Below are positions 63,926 through 64,000 of a DNA stretch of 64,000 nucleotides, in pieces (the stretch's first letter is position 1; each line of letters begins with the position of its first letter). The stretch spans positions 2,287,323-2,351,322 of the forward strand of contig NW_024055461.1 of the NCBI RefSeq assembly GCF_902713615.1. Reading direction: 5' to 3'. Position numbers and translations under genes: made by a program. Below the pieces are notes generated by a model. It was given only the letters and a program-made list of their open reading frames with translations. It was not told the origin of the DNA and did no database searches. The stretch comes from Scyliorhinus canicula (taxonomy: Eukaryota).

Positions 63926-64000
63926 CATAGAACGATACAGCGCAGTACAGGCCCTTCGGCCCTCAAAGTTGCACCGACATGGGAAGTCAAAAACTAAAGG
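63926..64000 (-). mobile_element. CR1 LINE 3' end
   Basis: catagaacatagaac tail and gtacaggcccttcggccctc motif. Confidence 0.8.

Overview
Vertebrate DNA from a cartilaginous fish (shark-type Ig cluster, V-SINE/HE1-type SINEs, CR1 LINEs); no prokaryotic features. Left end, minus strand: an intact IgM-type heavy-chain mini-cluster (leader-VH-D1-D2-JH, 5001-6765) with a complete 23/12-22/12-12/23 RSS set and no constant exon in the 5 kb to the window edge. Right end: seven TCR alpha/delta-type V segments (52.9-60.8 kb) in both orientations. Three are apparently functional and four are pseudogenes; three of those four (two inverted, one fragment) are not recognisable from the ORF track. A small tRNA cluster follows: two identical intron-containing tRNA-Pro(TGG) genes in a recent 711-bp tandem duplication, tRNA-Val(CAC), and a degenerate intron-containing tRNA-Pro(AGG). 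The 46 kb between the Ig and TCR parts is mostly retroelement debris, an old ~4.7-kb tandem duplication with nested LINEs, minisatellites, a 540-N assembly gap, a candidate RUNX/ETS enhancer and a perfect CTCF motif. The main signal is an Ig-TCR hybrid locus whose RSS geometry allows Ig/TCR chimeric joining by inversion, with the caveat that the linkage crosses the gap. All coordinates were read by eye; repeat boundaries are approximate.
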